Positions 19,505-28,814 of a stretch of 64,000 bases of DNA are shown in pieces. The DNA is taken from positions 277 through 64,276 of the forward strand of contig JBDRKI010000023.1 of assembly GCA_043814095.1 (NCBI GenBank), given 5' to 3'. The translations under genes were made by a program, and so were the position numbers. Each line of letters begins with the position of its first letter. The first letter of the stretch is position 1. Below the pieces are notes generated by a model, which was not told where the DNA came from, did not search any database, and saw nothing but the letters and a program-made list of their open reading frames with translations. The DNA is from Armatimonadota bacterium (GTDB lineage: Bacteria; Vulcanimicrobiota; JACPDS01; JBDRKI01).

Positions 19505-21037
19505 TTAATTCAGTAATATTTTTGCCAGTTTAACCATTTCCGCGTTTGTCGGCATGACAATAATACCCGCATCTTCAAGAATTTTCTTTTGATCTGAATA
19601 CTTCTGCGGGTCGTCTTCCGTGCCGCATACTTCAGCTAAGAAAGTTATGTGAATATTTTTTTTATTTGCTTCATCGCGTATCGTAGTTACCGCTTTTACA
19701 AGTTCGCCCGCAGGGTCCGGATGTGAGCCGTATCCAAGCATTACATCAAGAATAATAATGCGTATGTTATCCAAATCTTTATCAGCAAGCATTCTTTCAT
19801 TTCTTGATACGGGATCAATCATCGGGTGGGGTCGGCCTTGAGTGAATTCATCTTCCCCGAGATCAAGTACTGTATTTTCTATGGATTTTCCGCTGTCGGA
19901 TAATTTGTATTTTTTATCAAGCGGGATGTTTGAATAAATAGGGGAGAACCCGCTCAGCATAAGTATTGCTTCCTTGCAGACCGTACCTCCGGTATAAAAA
20001 CCGCGCACATATTTCTGGCCTGATTTGTATTTCTCTTTTTCCTGTTTTATGATTTTTTCTGTATCAGTGTCAAAAGCTTTCTCCTGTATCCCGGATGATA
20101 TGACACCGCATGCTTTTACGGCGGAATCGGCGAGAGTTTGTGCGTATATTGCGCCGGACGAGGCTATCTCGCCTTCGGGAGCGCCTATAAAATGAACAAC
20201 AACCGGTTTAGAAGCGTTTTTTATCCTGTTTAATATTTTTCCGGCAACTTCTTTTTCCGGCGGTTTTGATATGAGGATTATTACGGAAGTATTATTATCG
20301 TTAAGAAGCATCTCAAGTCCGGCAAGCATTGTTATCCCGCCTACTTCGTTTGACAGGTCGCGCCCGCCCGTCCCTATTGCCTGTGATATGCCTTCTCCCA
20401 GTTTATGAACGCATACTGATACTTCCTGGATCCCGGTGCCTGCTGCCCCGACTATGCCTACTTTCCCGCGCCTTACGAGGTTGGCAAATGCTAGGGGCTT
20501 TCCGTCTATTATGGCCGTACCGCAGTCGGGTCCCATAACCAGAAGTCTCTTTTCATCCGCGTACTGTTTTAAATTCTTTTCGTCTTCAATAGATACATTG
20601 TCGCTGAATATCATTACATTTATGTTATTATCAAGGCATTTTCTGGCTTCCCTTGCCGCGTATTCACCGGGTATTGATATAAGGGCGAGGTTTGTATCCG
20701 GCTGGGACTTTAAAGCGCCCTCAAAAGTCGCGGGATTATATTCTTCGTCTTCCTCATCATCCGCGGATGATGTGAAGTGGTTGTTTATTACATCAAGCGC
20801 GGTTTTTATTAACGCTTCATTTTCAACACAGATTGCTATTACAAGGTCATTAACGCCGGCTCCTTCTATTTTTTTGTCTTTAAATCCCATATCTGCAAGG
20901 ATTGATTTATTATGGTCTGTGCCCATGGAGACGCTCGCGCTTTTTACGCCTTTTGTATCAGTGAGCTTTCTTGATAAAAGCATTAAAGTAACCGAATCAA
21001 AATATGAGTTTTTCTTTATATCTATATAGGTATTCAT
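19505..21037 (-). CDS. fdrA: FdrA-like acyl-CoA synthetase-family protein (succinyl-CoA-ligase alpha-like CoA-binding fold)
   Basis: N-terminal SYFDSVTLM (compare E. coli FdrA CFQDSVSLM); GPDCGTAII...RRGKVGIVGAAGTG resembles the SucD motif. Start at 21037 with AAGGAG RBS. Confidence 0.65.
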   Translation of the reverse strand: MNTYIDIKKNSYFDSVTLMLLSRKLTDTKGVKSASVSMGTDHNKSILADMGFKDKKIEGAGVNDLVIAICVENEALIKTALDVINNHFTSSADDEEDEEYNPATFEGALKSQPDTNLALISIPGEYAAREARKCLDNNINVMIFSDNVSIEDEKNLKQYADEKRLLVMGPDCGTAIIDGKPLAFANLVRRGKVGIVGAAGTGIQEVSVCVHKLGEGISQAIGTGGRDLSNEVGGITMLAGLEMLLNDNNTSVIILISKPPEKEVAGKILNRIKNASKPVVVHFIGAPEGEIASSGAIYAQTLADSAVKACGVISSGIQEKAFDTDTEKIIKQEKEKYKSGQKYVRGFYTGGTVCKEAILMLSGFSPIYSNIPLDKKYKLSDSGKSIENTVLDLGEDEFTQGRPHPMIDPVSRNERMLADKDLDNIRIIILDVMLGYGSHPDPAGELVKAVTTIRDEANKKNIHITFLAEVCGTEDDPQKYSDQKKILEDAGIIVMPTNAEMVKLAKILLN

Positions 21038-21112
21038 AAGAATTCTCCTTAAGTCATTATGCCGTAAAAAGATTATAACCTTATTCTTTGACTGTTTCAA
21101 GGCAGGAATAAT

Positions 21113-21146
21113 AAAAGACCTTTTTTATCAATAAAGGTCTTTTATT
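21113..21146. terminator. Intrinsic terminator (hairpin with a long AT loop)
   Basis: AAAGACCTtttttatcaataaAGGTCTTTT. Confidence 0.5.
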
Positions 21147-21179
21147 ATACATTTGATATAATTTATGACAATGATTTAA

Positions 21180-21785
21180 TTATGATTCTTTTATAACAGA
21201 AACTTCTTCTTCCTTCACATTAACCGCTTTAGGAGCTTTTACATCTTCATACATAAGCACTATGGCCGTTATTGCTATCGGCATTGTCACAAGCATGCCT
21301 ATCCCGAAAAACAATGCGCCGGCCGTTAAGATTATTCCCGCAAGAAGGGCAAATACGATATATTTCAGCCAGTCAGTCGCGGCAATATCCTTGCTCTTCA
21401 TCATTGCTTCCCAGAAGTCTTTCTCCCCGTCAAGGATTATAAGGTAGGTAAAGAGGAAAGCACCGATAACTATAAGCCCCGGGATTACAAGAAGAAGAAG
21501 CCCCAGCGCGGTTAATAAGGTTATAACTATGCCCGCAAGCAGGGAAGGTATTATTAATTCGGTTTTCTTAAATACAATAAACAGGTCGCCGACTTCCGCA
21601 GTGCCTTCGGTAATTTTTCTTTTTACGAAGTAATAATAACCTATCAGGAAAAGTCCCGATACAAAACCGCCGATCCATATAATGCTGAGAAGGGCGGTTA
21701 CAGCAAGGTAAACCAGAGTGGCCAGTATATATCCTCCCCAGTCTTTCCCGACCTCGGTTAAAGCTTCTCCGAAATATTTTGTCAT
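21180..21785 (-). CDS. Integral membrane protein, unknown function
   Basis: Four or five hydrophobic helices. Confidence 0.5.
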   Translation of the reverse strand: MTKYFGEALTEVGKDWGGYILATLVYLAVTALLSIIWIGGFVSGLFLIGYYYFVKRKITEGTAEVGDLFIVFKKTELIIPSLLAGIVITLLTALGLLLLVIPGLIVIGAFLFTYLIILDGEKDFWEAMMKSKDIAATDWLKYIVFALLAGIILTAGALFFGIGMLVTMPIAITAIVLMYEDVKAPKAVNVKEEEVSVIKES

Positions 21786-21892
21786 AATAACCTCCGTATT
21801 GTTTATCCGTAAAAAGCCGCATTTTCTCCGGATTTTAATTTATTCTACAATAGTATACGATTTGCCTTTATAAAAGTTTCAAATTATAAATT

Positions 21893-22321
21893 TTATTTCA
21901 TGCCTATAAGAATAACTCCCAAGGAAGTAAAAATAAGGCCGGTTATGTTAACTAATGTAACCGGTTCTTTTAATAGTATGGTTCCTAGCACATATCCGAG
22001 TACAGGTGTTAATCCGAACGCTATGGGGATTACCCGGCTTAAGTGGCCCGTGCTTATACCCATGTAAAAGCAGAGCATCCCGAAAGATCCGGCTATTACC
22101 CCGCCTCCTATTATGATATAAAGAAGGGGTTTTATGCCGCAGCTTGACACAGATCCCCATTTTGTGAAGCTGAACAAGCTTAATACGATAAGGGCTATAA
22201 ATGTACGCATTGTAATACCTGCCACAGGCGGGATACCCCCCATATTAAGCCCCTTCTTTTCAAAAAAGCCGCCCACACTCCAGAGGACGGCCGTAAGAAT
22301 TGCCAGAGTTACTGCTTTCAT
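21893..22321 (-). CDS. EamA-like small transporter (DMT superfamily, 4 TM)
   Basis: Hydrophobic 142-aa protein with an EamA-like pattern. Confidence 0.5.
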   Translation of the reverse strand: MKAVTLAILTAVLWSVGGFFEKKGLNMGGIPPVAGITMRTFIALIVLSLFSFTKWGSVSSCGIKPLLYIIIGGGVIAGSFGMLCFYMGISTGHLSRVIPIAFGLTPVLGYVLGTILLKEPVTLVNITGLIFTSLGVILIGMK

Positions 22322-22323
22322 TT

Positions 22324-23157
22324 TTATTCTCCCGAAAATAAGTTAAACATAAAATCCACGCCGCATAGAAAATCTTTGCTTGATGTGTGGCCGTAATTTA
22401 TGTTTTCAAGTTCTTCTTCTTTTAACGGTATATCGCTTGCCAGTTTTTCAAAAAGGATAAACTGCCAGTCGCTTACATATCCCATCATCGCCAGGACAAT
22501 ATAATACCACGATATCCTGCCGGTTTTTTTGTAAATAACCCGCGCTGTTTTTAAAAACGGCGGGTTCCATATTTTTTCTGTCCTGCCGGCTTCAATAAGA
22601 AGCTTCATCACAAGTATCGTCCCGCATATAAAATCATCAGTTGAAGGGGTAAGGCCTTCCCCGAGGCCGGCTATATCTGTCAGATTTTCATAGAATTTGC
22701 CGGGGTTATTTTTTTTCCACGCTTTTTCCATTTTTTCTATATTTATTTTTATAAGGTCAAGATACGCAAAATCGGTTTTTTTAACATAAGAGTTAAGCGC
22801 GGAAATATTTTGTTTGTTTAAAGGGTCAAATTTAATATCATTAATTTTTTTTGAAGAATGGTCAATTGGATTAAGGTAAATCATTTTGTCGTCGGAGTAA
22901 CATCTCCCGCGCTGTATATGAAAATATTTTTTTTCTTTAAAAAAATCCGGCATCCTGTAAGGGAATACGGCTGTTACCGGGTTGCACTGTTCGTTTGTTC
23001 CGGCAAGCAGGGTAACTATTTTAGAATTATTTAAGGAAACATAAGCGGTCCTGTGCGAACGCGATATGATTTCACAGCTGTACCTGCGCGGATCAAAGAA
23101 AAGTTTTCTAATGTGTCTGTCTACAACTATATCAACCGGTTGATGCATAGTACACAA
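22324..23157 (-). CDS. Hypothetical protein co-oriented with the Mo-hydroxylase genes (possible accessory factor); contains GLGEGLTPSTDDFICG motif
   Basis: ORF 4 nt downstream of the Mo-subunit gene; family not recognised. Confidence 0.4.
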   Translation of the reverse strand: MCTMHQPVDIVVDRHIRKLFFDPRRYSCEIISRSHRTAYVSLNNSKIVTLLAGTNEQCNPVTAVFPYRMPDFFKEKKYFHIQRGRCYSDDKMIYLNPIDHSSKKINDIKFDPLNKQNISALNSYVKKTDFAYLDLIKINIEKMEKAWKKNNPGKFYENLTDIAGLGEGLTPSTDDFICGTILVMKLLIEAGRTEKIWNPPFLKTARVIYKKTGRISWYYIVLAMMGYVSDWQFILFEKLASDIPLKEEELENINYGHTSSKDFLCGVDFMFNLFSGE

Positions 23158-23160
23158 TCC

Positions 23161-25551
23161 TTATTTATTTTTTTTTAATGCTTCAAGTCCTTTGAGTATT
23201 TTTTCCGCCGTAACGGGGAGATCTTTTATCCTTACCCCCGTCGCATTATATACCGCGTTGGCTATTGCGGCAGGTGTCGGTATCATTGTATGTTCGCCGA
23301 CGCCTCTTGCGCCGTAGGGCCCGTCGAGCTGCGCGGTCTCCACGAAGGTTGCTATCATCTCTTCAGGCATATCTTTGGATGTGGGTATCTTGTAATCAAC
23401 AAAGGACTGATTTAAGACCCTGCCTGTTTTCTCATCCAGATGGAGCTGCTCCATAATGCCCGCGCCCATGCCCTGCACGATGCCTCCGTATGCCTGACCG
23501 AGCGCTCCCTGCGGGTTTATTACCTTGCCTATATCATATGTGCAGGCAACTTTAAAAATTGTAATCCTGCCGGTATCCGGGTCTACGGAAAGATCCACTG
23601 CCTGGCCTCCGAAAGTCCAGTTTGCGACCGGTTTAGGGGACTGTCCTGTTTCCGGATCGCAGTTTATGCACCCTTGAGCCGTAAAGTATCCTCTGCCGGC
23701 AACAGCCCCGCCTATTGTATGGCCGTCAGGGTACTGGTATCCCATGCAGATATCCTTAATGTCTATCTTTTTGGACTTATCTGTTTTTGAAATTATATAT
23801 CCGTCCTTTATTTCTAAATCAGAAAGTGATCTCTGCAGGGCCTCTTTGGCTATAGTGAATAATTGTTTTTTTGCATCTTCACAGGCCTTCTTCACTGCAT
23901 TCCCGCAGGAGAATGTCAATCTGCTTGCGACTGTCTGCCATTCATATGGCGAGTAATCCGTATCAGGCAGTGCTATGACAGCGACTTTTTCAACAGGGAT
24001 GCCCAGTTCTTCTGCGGCAATCTGAGCCATCGCGGTCATAACGCCCTGGCCGATCTCCATGCCGCTGAACATAAGCTCTATCCCCCCGTCTTCGTTGAAT
24101 TTTAACATGGCGGCCGAAGTTGCATTATTAGGCATGGCAGGGGCTTTCTGCGCCAGAGCAAATCCTACCGCCCTGTATTTTGGTCTTTCCTTATAGTAGT
24201 CTATATTTTTTGTAACTTCATTGATACATTTTTCTATATCACCGGTATTTTTTGTTACATACTGGCCTGTTGCCGTATGGGATCCTTCTCTTAATATATT
24301 TTTCTTTCTGAATTCTACCGGATCAAATCCTAAATCCCGGGCCATCATATCCATATGCTGTTCAATGCCCCAGTGGATTTCGCTCATCCCGAACCCGCGG
24401 AAAGCGCTCCCGACAGGTCTGTTGGTGTATACTCCTATTGAATCTCCCTTAAGGTTGTCTATATTATAGGGGCCGCATAATGAATAGCCGGCCGCCCTTA
24501 CTATATTAACACCGTATCCGGCGTATGCGCCGCAGTCCCAGATATACTCGTTTTCCTGCGCTATGATTCTTCCGTCTTTTGTAATGCCGGATTTTATCCT
24601 TATGTGGCATGCCTGTCTTACTACAACAGCGTGCATCTCTTCTTCTCTTGTGAGTATGAGTTTTACAGGGAGCCCCGTGCATTTCATGGAGAGAGCCACG
24701 GCTATGGGTTCTATGTTAATACCTGCCTTACATCCGAACCCCCCGCCTACGAAGGGAGCTATTACTCTGAAATCGTTTATTTTTTTACCGAAACAGTGTG
24801 AGAGAAGATATCTTACGGTAAAAGGCGACTGGCATGAAGACCATACGGTTGTTTTCCCCGCGTGGTCTGTTACCGCTATAGACCCGTGAGTCTCCATGGG
24901 TACATGCTGTATCTGCGGAACATAGAATCTGTTTTCAATTATATGGTCAGCTTCTTTAAACGCTTTTTTAGGATCGCCCTTCCTTATTTTAAAGTGATTC
25001 GCGATATTGGTATGGGGAACGGGGTTTATTGCGCTTACGTGAAAATATTTATGAAGCTCGGGATGAACAAGCGGCGCGCCTTTTTTCATTCCCTGTATGG
25101 GATCAAAGTTCGGTTTAAGTTTTTTGTATTTCACTTTTATAAGGGAGAGGGCTCGCTCCGCTATCTCTTCGGTTTCGGCCGCGACTGCCGCGACCGGCTC
25201 GCCCACATAACGCACTTTTTCCATGGCGAATATGTACTGGTCAACATGGTATATGCCCACATTATACGGGTAATCTTTTCCTGTTATAACTGCCTTTACC
25301 CCGGGAAGCTTTTCCGCTTCGGTTGTGTCTATTTCTATCATAGCGTGGGGTTCAGCGCTTCTTAAAACTTTCGCTATTAATGTGCCTGAAAGCTGGATAT
25401 CATCAACATATTTTGCGGCGCCAGTTACTTTCGCGAGGGCGTCTACACGCGCGGTTTTTTTGCCTATAACATTATATTCTTCTTTTTCTATGTCCATAGA
25501 TTCTATCTGGTTGAATATTTCGGTCTGTGTCATAACTTCAGCGTTTTTCAT
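23161..25551 (-). CDS. Xanthine dehydrogenase/aldehyde oxidase family molybdopterin-binding large subunit
   Basis: 796 aa with characteristic MoCo-binding blocks (GGGFG, molybdopterin-binding domain motifs). Confidence 0.85.
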   Translation of the reverse strand: MKNAEVMTQTEIFNQIESMDIEKEEYNVIGKKTARVDALAKVTGAAKYVDDIQLSGTLIAKVLRSAEPHAMIEIDTTEAEKLPGVKAVITGKDYPYNVGIYHVDQYIFAMEKVRYVGEPVAAVAAETEEIAERALSLIKVKYKKLKPNFDPIQGMKKGAPLVHPELHKYFHVSAINPVPHTNIANHFKIRKGDPKKAFKEADHIIENRFYVPQIQHVPMETHGSIAVTDHAGKTTVWSSCQSPFTVRYLLSHCFGKKINDFRVIAPFVGGGFGCKAGINIEPIAVALSMKCTGLPVKLILTREEEMHAVVVRQACHIRIKSGITKDGRIIAQENEYIWDCGAYAGYGVNIVRAAGYSLCGPYNIDNLKGDSIGVYTNRPVGSAFRGFGMSEIHWGIEQHMDMMARDLGFDPVEFRKKNILREGSHTATGQYVTKNTGDIEKCINEVTKNIDYYKERPKYRAVGFALAQKAPAMPNNATSAAMLKFNEDGGIELMFSGMEIGQGVMTAMAQIAAEELGIPVEKVAVIALPDTDYSPYEWQTVASRLTFSCGNAVKKACEDAKKQLFTIAKEALQRSLSDLEIKDGYIISKTDKSKKIDIKDICMGYQYPDGHTIGGAVAGRGYFTAQGCINCDPETGQSPKPVANWTFGGQAVDLSVDPDTGRITIFKVACTYDIGKVINPQGALGQAYGGIVQGMGAGIMEQLHLDEKTGRVLNQSFVDYKIPTSKDMPEEMIATFVETAQLDGPYGARGVGEHTMIPTPAAIANAVYNATGVRIKDLPVTAEKILKGLEALKKNK

Positions 25552-25566
25552 ATTTACCTCCGCGTA

Positions 25567-26034
25567 TTACACATTCACGTTTATACTGTCTCTTATGGCT
25601 TCAATAATTTGTTTGTAACCTGTGCACCTGCATAAATTACCAGCAATAGCTTCTTTTATATCTTCATCTGACGCTTCCGGGTTTTTCATTAAGAGTGCTT
25701 TCGCGCTCATAAGCATCCCGGGGGTGCAGAACCCGCACTGTATGGCGTTATGTTCTATGAATTTTTTCTGTAAGGGGTCAAGCTCCCCGTCTTTCGGGAG
25801 CCCCTCAACGGTTATGATATCCGCACCGTCTGCTTCAACTGCCAGCATTAAACAGGAATTAACGGCTTTCCCGTTTACTATGACGGTGCATGCTCCGCAT
25901 TCGCCTTCACCGCATCCTTCTTTTGTGCCTGTGAGATAGAGTACTTCCCTTAAGAATTTTAATAAGGTCATGGAGTTGTCAGAAATCTGTTTTGTTTCCT
26001 TTTTACCGTTTATCGTAAAGGTTATGGTTTTCAT
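25567..26034 (-). CDS. (2Fe-2S)-binding small subunit of Mo-hydroxylase
   Basis: CGEGECGACTV and CGFCTPG cluster motifs. Confidence 0.9.
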   Translation of the reverse strand: MKTITFTINGKKETKQISDNSMTLLKFLREVLYLTGTKEGCGEGECGACTVIVNGKAVNSCLMLAVEADGADIITVEGLPKDGELDPLQKKFIEHNAIQCGFCTPGMLMSAKALLMKNPEASDEDIKEAIAGNLCRCTGYKQIIEAIRDSINVNV

Positions 26035-26056
26035 AATCCACCTCGTTAATTTTTTA
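26028..26056. repeat. 29-bp direct repeat copy 1 (TTTTCATAATCCACCTCGTTAATTTTTTA): stop-RBS-start junction
   Basis: Identical to 26506-26534; contains the 2Fe-2S start codon and RBS plus the hicA stop. Confidence 0.8.
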
Positions 26057-26282
26057 AAAGCCGTTCCAGTGTCTCTGGTGTAATATCGATATCTCTTAGA
26101 ATTTTTCTGAGAAGGCCCCGGCCTATGGTTTTTCCTTTGTGAACGGGTATGGTTGTTATTCTTCCGTCGGGATGATGGTATCTCCAGTGACTTCCTCTGG
26201 ATTTTCTTGTATTTTTAAAACCGAGTTTTTCAATAATAACTATTAATTTCTCAGGTTTTAAAACAGGTAATTTTTTACTCAT
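26046..26282 (-). CDS. hicA: HicA toxin (mRNA interferase)
   Basis: 78 aa with the HicA/YcfA pattern (GSHxxxxHP). Confidence 0.8.
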   Translation of the reverse strand: MSKKLPVLKPEKLIVIIEKLGFKNTRKSRGSHWRYHHPDGRITTIPVHKGKTIGRGLLRKILRDIDITPETLERLLKN

Positions 26283-26512
26283 ACGGCTATCTCCAGATAT
26301 TTAACTCCTATAATTTCGGGATACCGCAAATTAATAACCTTTTTAGATTGTTCGACTTCTTCCAAACAAATTTTAATCACATCTTTTATATTTTTCATAG
26401 CTTCTTCAAAAGTATCGCCTTGAGAATAACAACCTTCCAAACTCGGACAGGAAACTATATATTTCCCGTCTTCATCCATTTCCACCAAAACCGGTACATT
26501 GTATTTTTTCAT
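26279..26512 (-). CDS. hicB: HicB antitoxin (UPF0150-like)
   Basis: 77 aa with the HicB N-terminal fold pattern; overlaps hicA by 4 nt. Confidence 0.75.
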   Translation of the reverse strand: MKKYNVPVLVEMDEDGKYIVSCPSLEGCYSQGDTFEEAMKNIKDVIKICLEEVEQSKKVINLRYPEIIGVKYLEIAV

Positions 26513-26534
26513 AATCCACCTCGTTAATTTTTTA
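26506..26534. repeat. 29-bp direct repeat copy 2
   Basis: Identical to 26028-26056; contains the hicB start and RBS plus the FAD-subunit stop. Confidence 0.8.
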
Positions 26535-27360
26535 GCTCATTTACCGCTTTTATAAATAGTTCTTTGGCAATTTTACATCTGAAATCAGCCGAGCCTCTTA
26601 AATCCGATATGGGTTTAAGAGGGAGGAGTTCCGCCGCTTTTGTAATTGATTTTAGATCCAGGCCGTGTTTTGCAAGGTGTTTCTCGCTGTTTTTGGCCCT
26701 TGCGGTTATGGCCGCGCATGCTCCCACTGCAGCTCTTATACCGGGTTTTGATTTGTGGCTTACAAATGCCACAGCAATATTTACCGTTGAAAGATCAACT
26801 GCTTTTCTTCTTGAGAATTTATAGAATATGCTTTTAACGCCTTCCGGCTTAGGTATTGTTACCGATTCTACAAATTCATCCGGCTTAAGTACGGTCTGTC
26901 CGGGGCCTTTAAAGAATTTATGTATAGATATGCTCTTTTTTCTGCCGCCTGATATTATATTAAGCTTAGCGTCATAAATTAGGAGTGCAGGGAGGGTATC
27001 TGCCGCGGGGGACGCGTTGCAGATATTTCCCGCAAGAGTTGCCCTGTTTCTTATCTGGTATGAACCGACCTCCCTTGCGCCCTGTGTAAGGGAAGGATAA
27101 TATTCATTTATAATATTATTTTCAGCCAGCTGGTTTAAGCTGACTCCTGCGCCTATTGTAATATCTTTTTTGGATTCAACAATAGAATTTATACCTTTAA
27201 TATTCTTAATATCTATTACGCATGAGGGTTTTATTGTTTTATGGCGCAGTTTAACGAAAAGATCTGTGCCGCCCCCCAAAAGATATGTATCTTTTTTATT
27301 TTTCTTGAGGAGTTTTTTAAGTTCGGCCGTGCTTGAAGGTCTATAGTATTCAAAATTCAT
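26524..27360 (-). CDS. FAD-binding subunit of Mo-hydroxylase (CoxM/XdhB-like)
   Basis: N-terminal Y(Y)RPxSxxEAxxLL...LLGGGTDL FAD-binding motif. Confidence 0.85.
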   Translation of the reverse strand: MNFEYYRPSSTAELKKLLKKNKKDTYLLGGGTDLFVKLRHKTIKPSCVIDIKNIKGINSIVESKKDITIGAGVSLNQLAENNIINEYYPSLTQGAREVGSYQIRNRATLAGNICNASPAADTLPALLIYDAKLNIISGGRKKSISIHKFFKGPGQTVLKPDEFVESVTIPKPEGVKSIFYKFSRRKAVDLSTVNIAVAFVSHKSKPGIRAAVGACAAITARAKNSEKHLAKHGLDLKSITKAAELLPLKPISDLRGSADFRCKIAKELFIKAVNELKN

Positions 27361-27472
27361 AATAACCTCCGGATTATGGACTAATTACCTATATAATAAG
27401 CAAATTCTAACAAAATTAATAATAAAAGTCAAAGCAAGTTAAGTTATATAAATTCAAATAAATTGATAAGAA

Positions 27473-28798
27473 TTAAACCGTATTTGCTTTAACTGTCTTA
27501 CTTTTCAATATATTCTTGCTTACCGTAAACCATATTAATATTCCTATAAGGAATATGGATAAGAATAAGTGTAGATACTTAAAGTTATATTTATATAATC
27601 CAACTCCCAGCACTGTAAAGGGAAGAATAGAAGCTATTATTGCACCTGTCCAGCCTCCTGGTACTTTTACAAGTCTTTCTTTATCAGGGTGTGTTACCCG
27701 CAGCTTTAAAAATGTTATTACTTCAAAAAGAAGCATGACTGCATATAGGAATATATCAATCTCGATAAGGCCCGCGAAGGGAAATATACAGAAAACACAT
27801 ACCATACCGCTGCATATAAGAAGGGAGAGCCAGGGTACCCTGTTTTTTCTTATCCTGAAAGCAAAGAATTTAGGCAGAAACCTGTGAAATGCAAGTGAAT
27901 AAGGGATTCTTGATGTATATAATAATATGGTGGAGATCTGGTTTACAATCCCGAAAAGGATTGCCACCAGTATAATAAGGCCGAGTCCGGGCCCTCCTAT
28001 TGATTTTGCTATAAGGGGGAAATAACCGCTTGTCCAGCTCTGCCAGCTGCTTGTCGCGCAGAGGCAGGCGTAAACGGTAACGGTATATATTAATGCTATG
28101 AGAGGTATATTTATTAATATAGCTCTGGGGAAATTTTTAGCTGGATTTACAACTTCGGGCATACACGGAGAAAAATCCTCCCACCCGTTGTAATTCCACA
28201 TTATTATGAAAACCCCGATCCCCAGGCATCCCGCTAATTCCTTGCCCGGGATAATAAAGGGCGTAAAAGGAAGAAGTGTTTTTGCTTTTAAAAACGCCAT
28301 GATTATAAGTACGATGAAGGGTACCAAAGTAATTATTGTCATTGTAAGGGCGCCGAACCCCACAGCTTTGATGCCCAGCATATTTAAAACCGTAAAAACA
28401 GCGACTATAGCTATGCATATAAGGATACGCTGTTTAGAAGTCATGTCCGGCATGAAATACATAAGGTAATCCGCGAATAAAACTGGATAAAGCGCTGTAT
28501 CAACAATATTTCTTATCCATGAAAGCCATCCTACCTGGAAAGACCAGAATGACCCGCAGGAATGTTTTATCCATGTGATATACCCGCCTTTTTGCGGGAA
28601 GGCGGAAGAAATCTCAGCTGTTATGAAAGAAATGGGCAGGCTCCATAAAAGAGGTATAAGCAGGAGCAGCAGGATTACAAGTCCGGGTCCTGTCGTGGAT
28701 ACGGCCTGTTCAAGCCCGTATGGGCCGCCTGCTACTATTGAGAAAACGACGACAACGAGCGTGAACAGACCTATTTTTTTTCTAAAAGCTTCTTTCAA
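27473..28798 (-). CDS. Amino-acid/polyamine/organocation (APC) family permease
   Basis: 12-TM protein with APC-type N-terminus. Confidence 0.7.
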   Translation of the reverse strand: MKEAFRKKIGLFTLVVVVFSIVAGGPYGLEQAVSTTGPGLVILLLLLIPLLWSLPISFITAEISSAFPQKGGYITWIKHSCGSFWSFQVGWLSWIRNIVDTALYPVLFADYLMYFMPDMTSKQRILICIAIVAVFTVLNMLGIKAVGFGALTMTIITLVPFIVLIIMAFLKAKTLLPFTPFIIPGKELAGCLGIGVFIIMWNYNGWEDFSPCMPEVVNPAKNFPRAILINIPLIALIYTVTVYACLCATSSWQSWTSGYFPLIAKSIGGPGLGLIILVAILFGIVNQISTILLYTSRIPYSLAFHRFLPKFFAFRIRKNRVPWLSLLICSGMVCVFCIFPFAGLIEIDIFLYAVMLLFEVITFLKLRVTHPDKERLVKVPGGWTGAIIASILPFTVLGVGLYKYNFKYLHLFLSIFLIGILIWFTVSKNILKSKTVKANTV

Positions 28799-28814
28799 TA
28801 AGGTTTCCTAAAAA

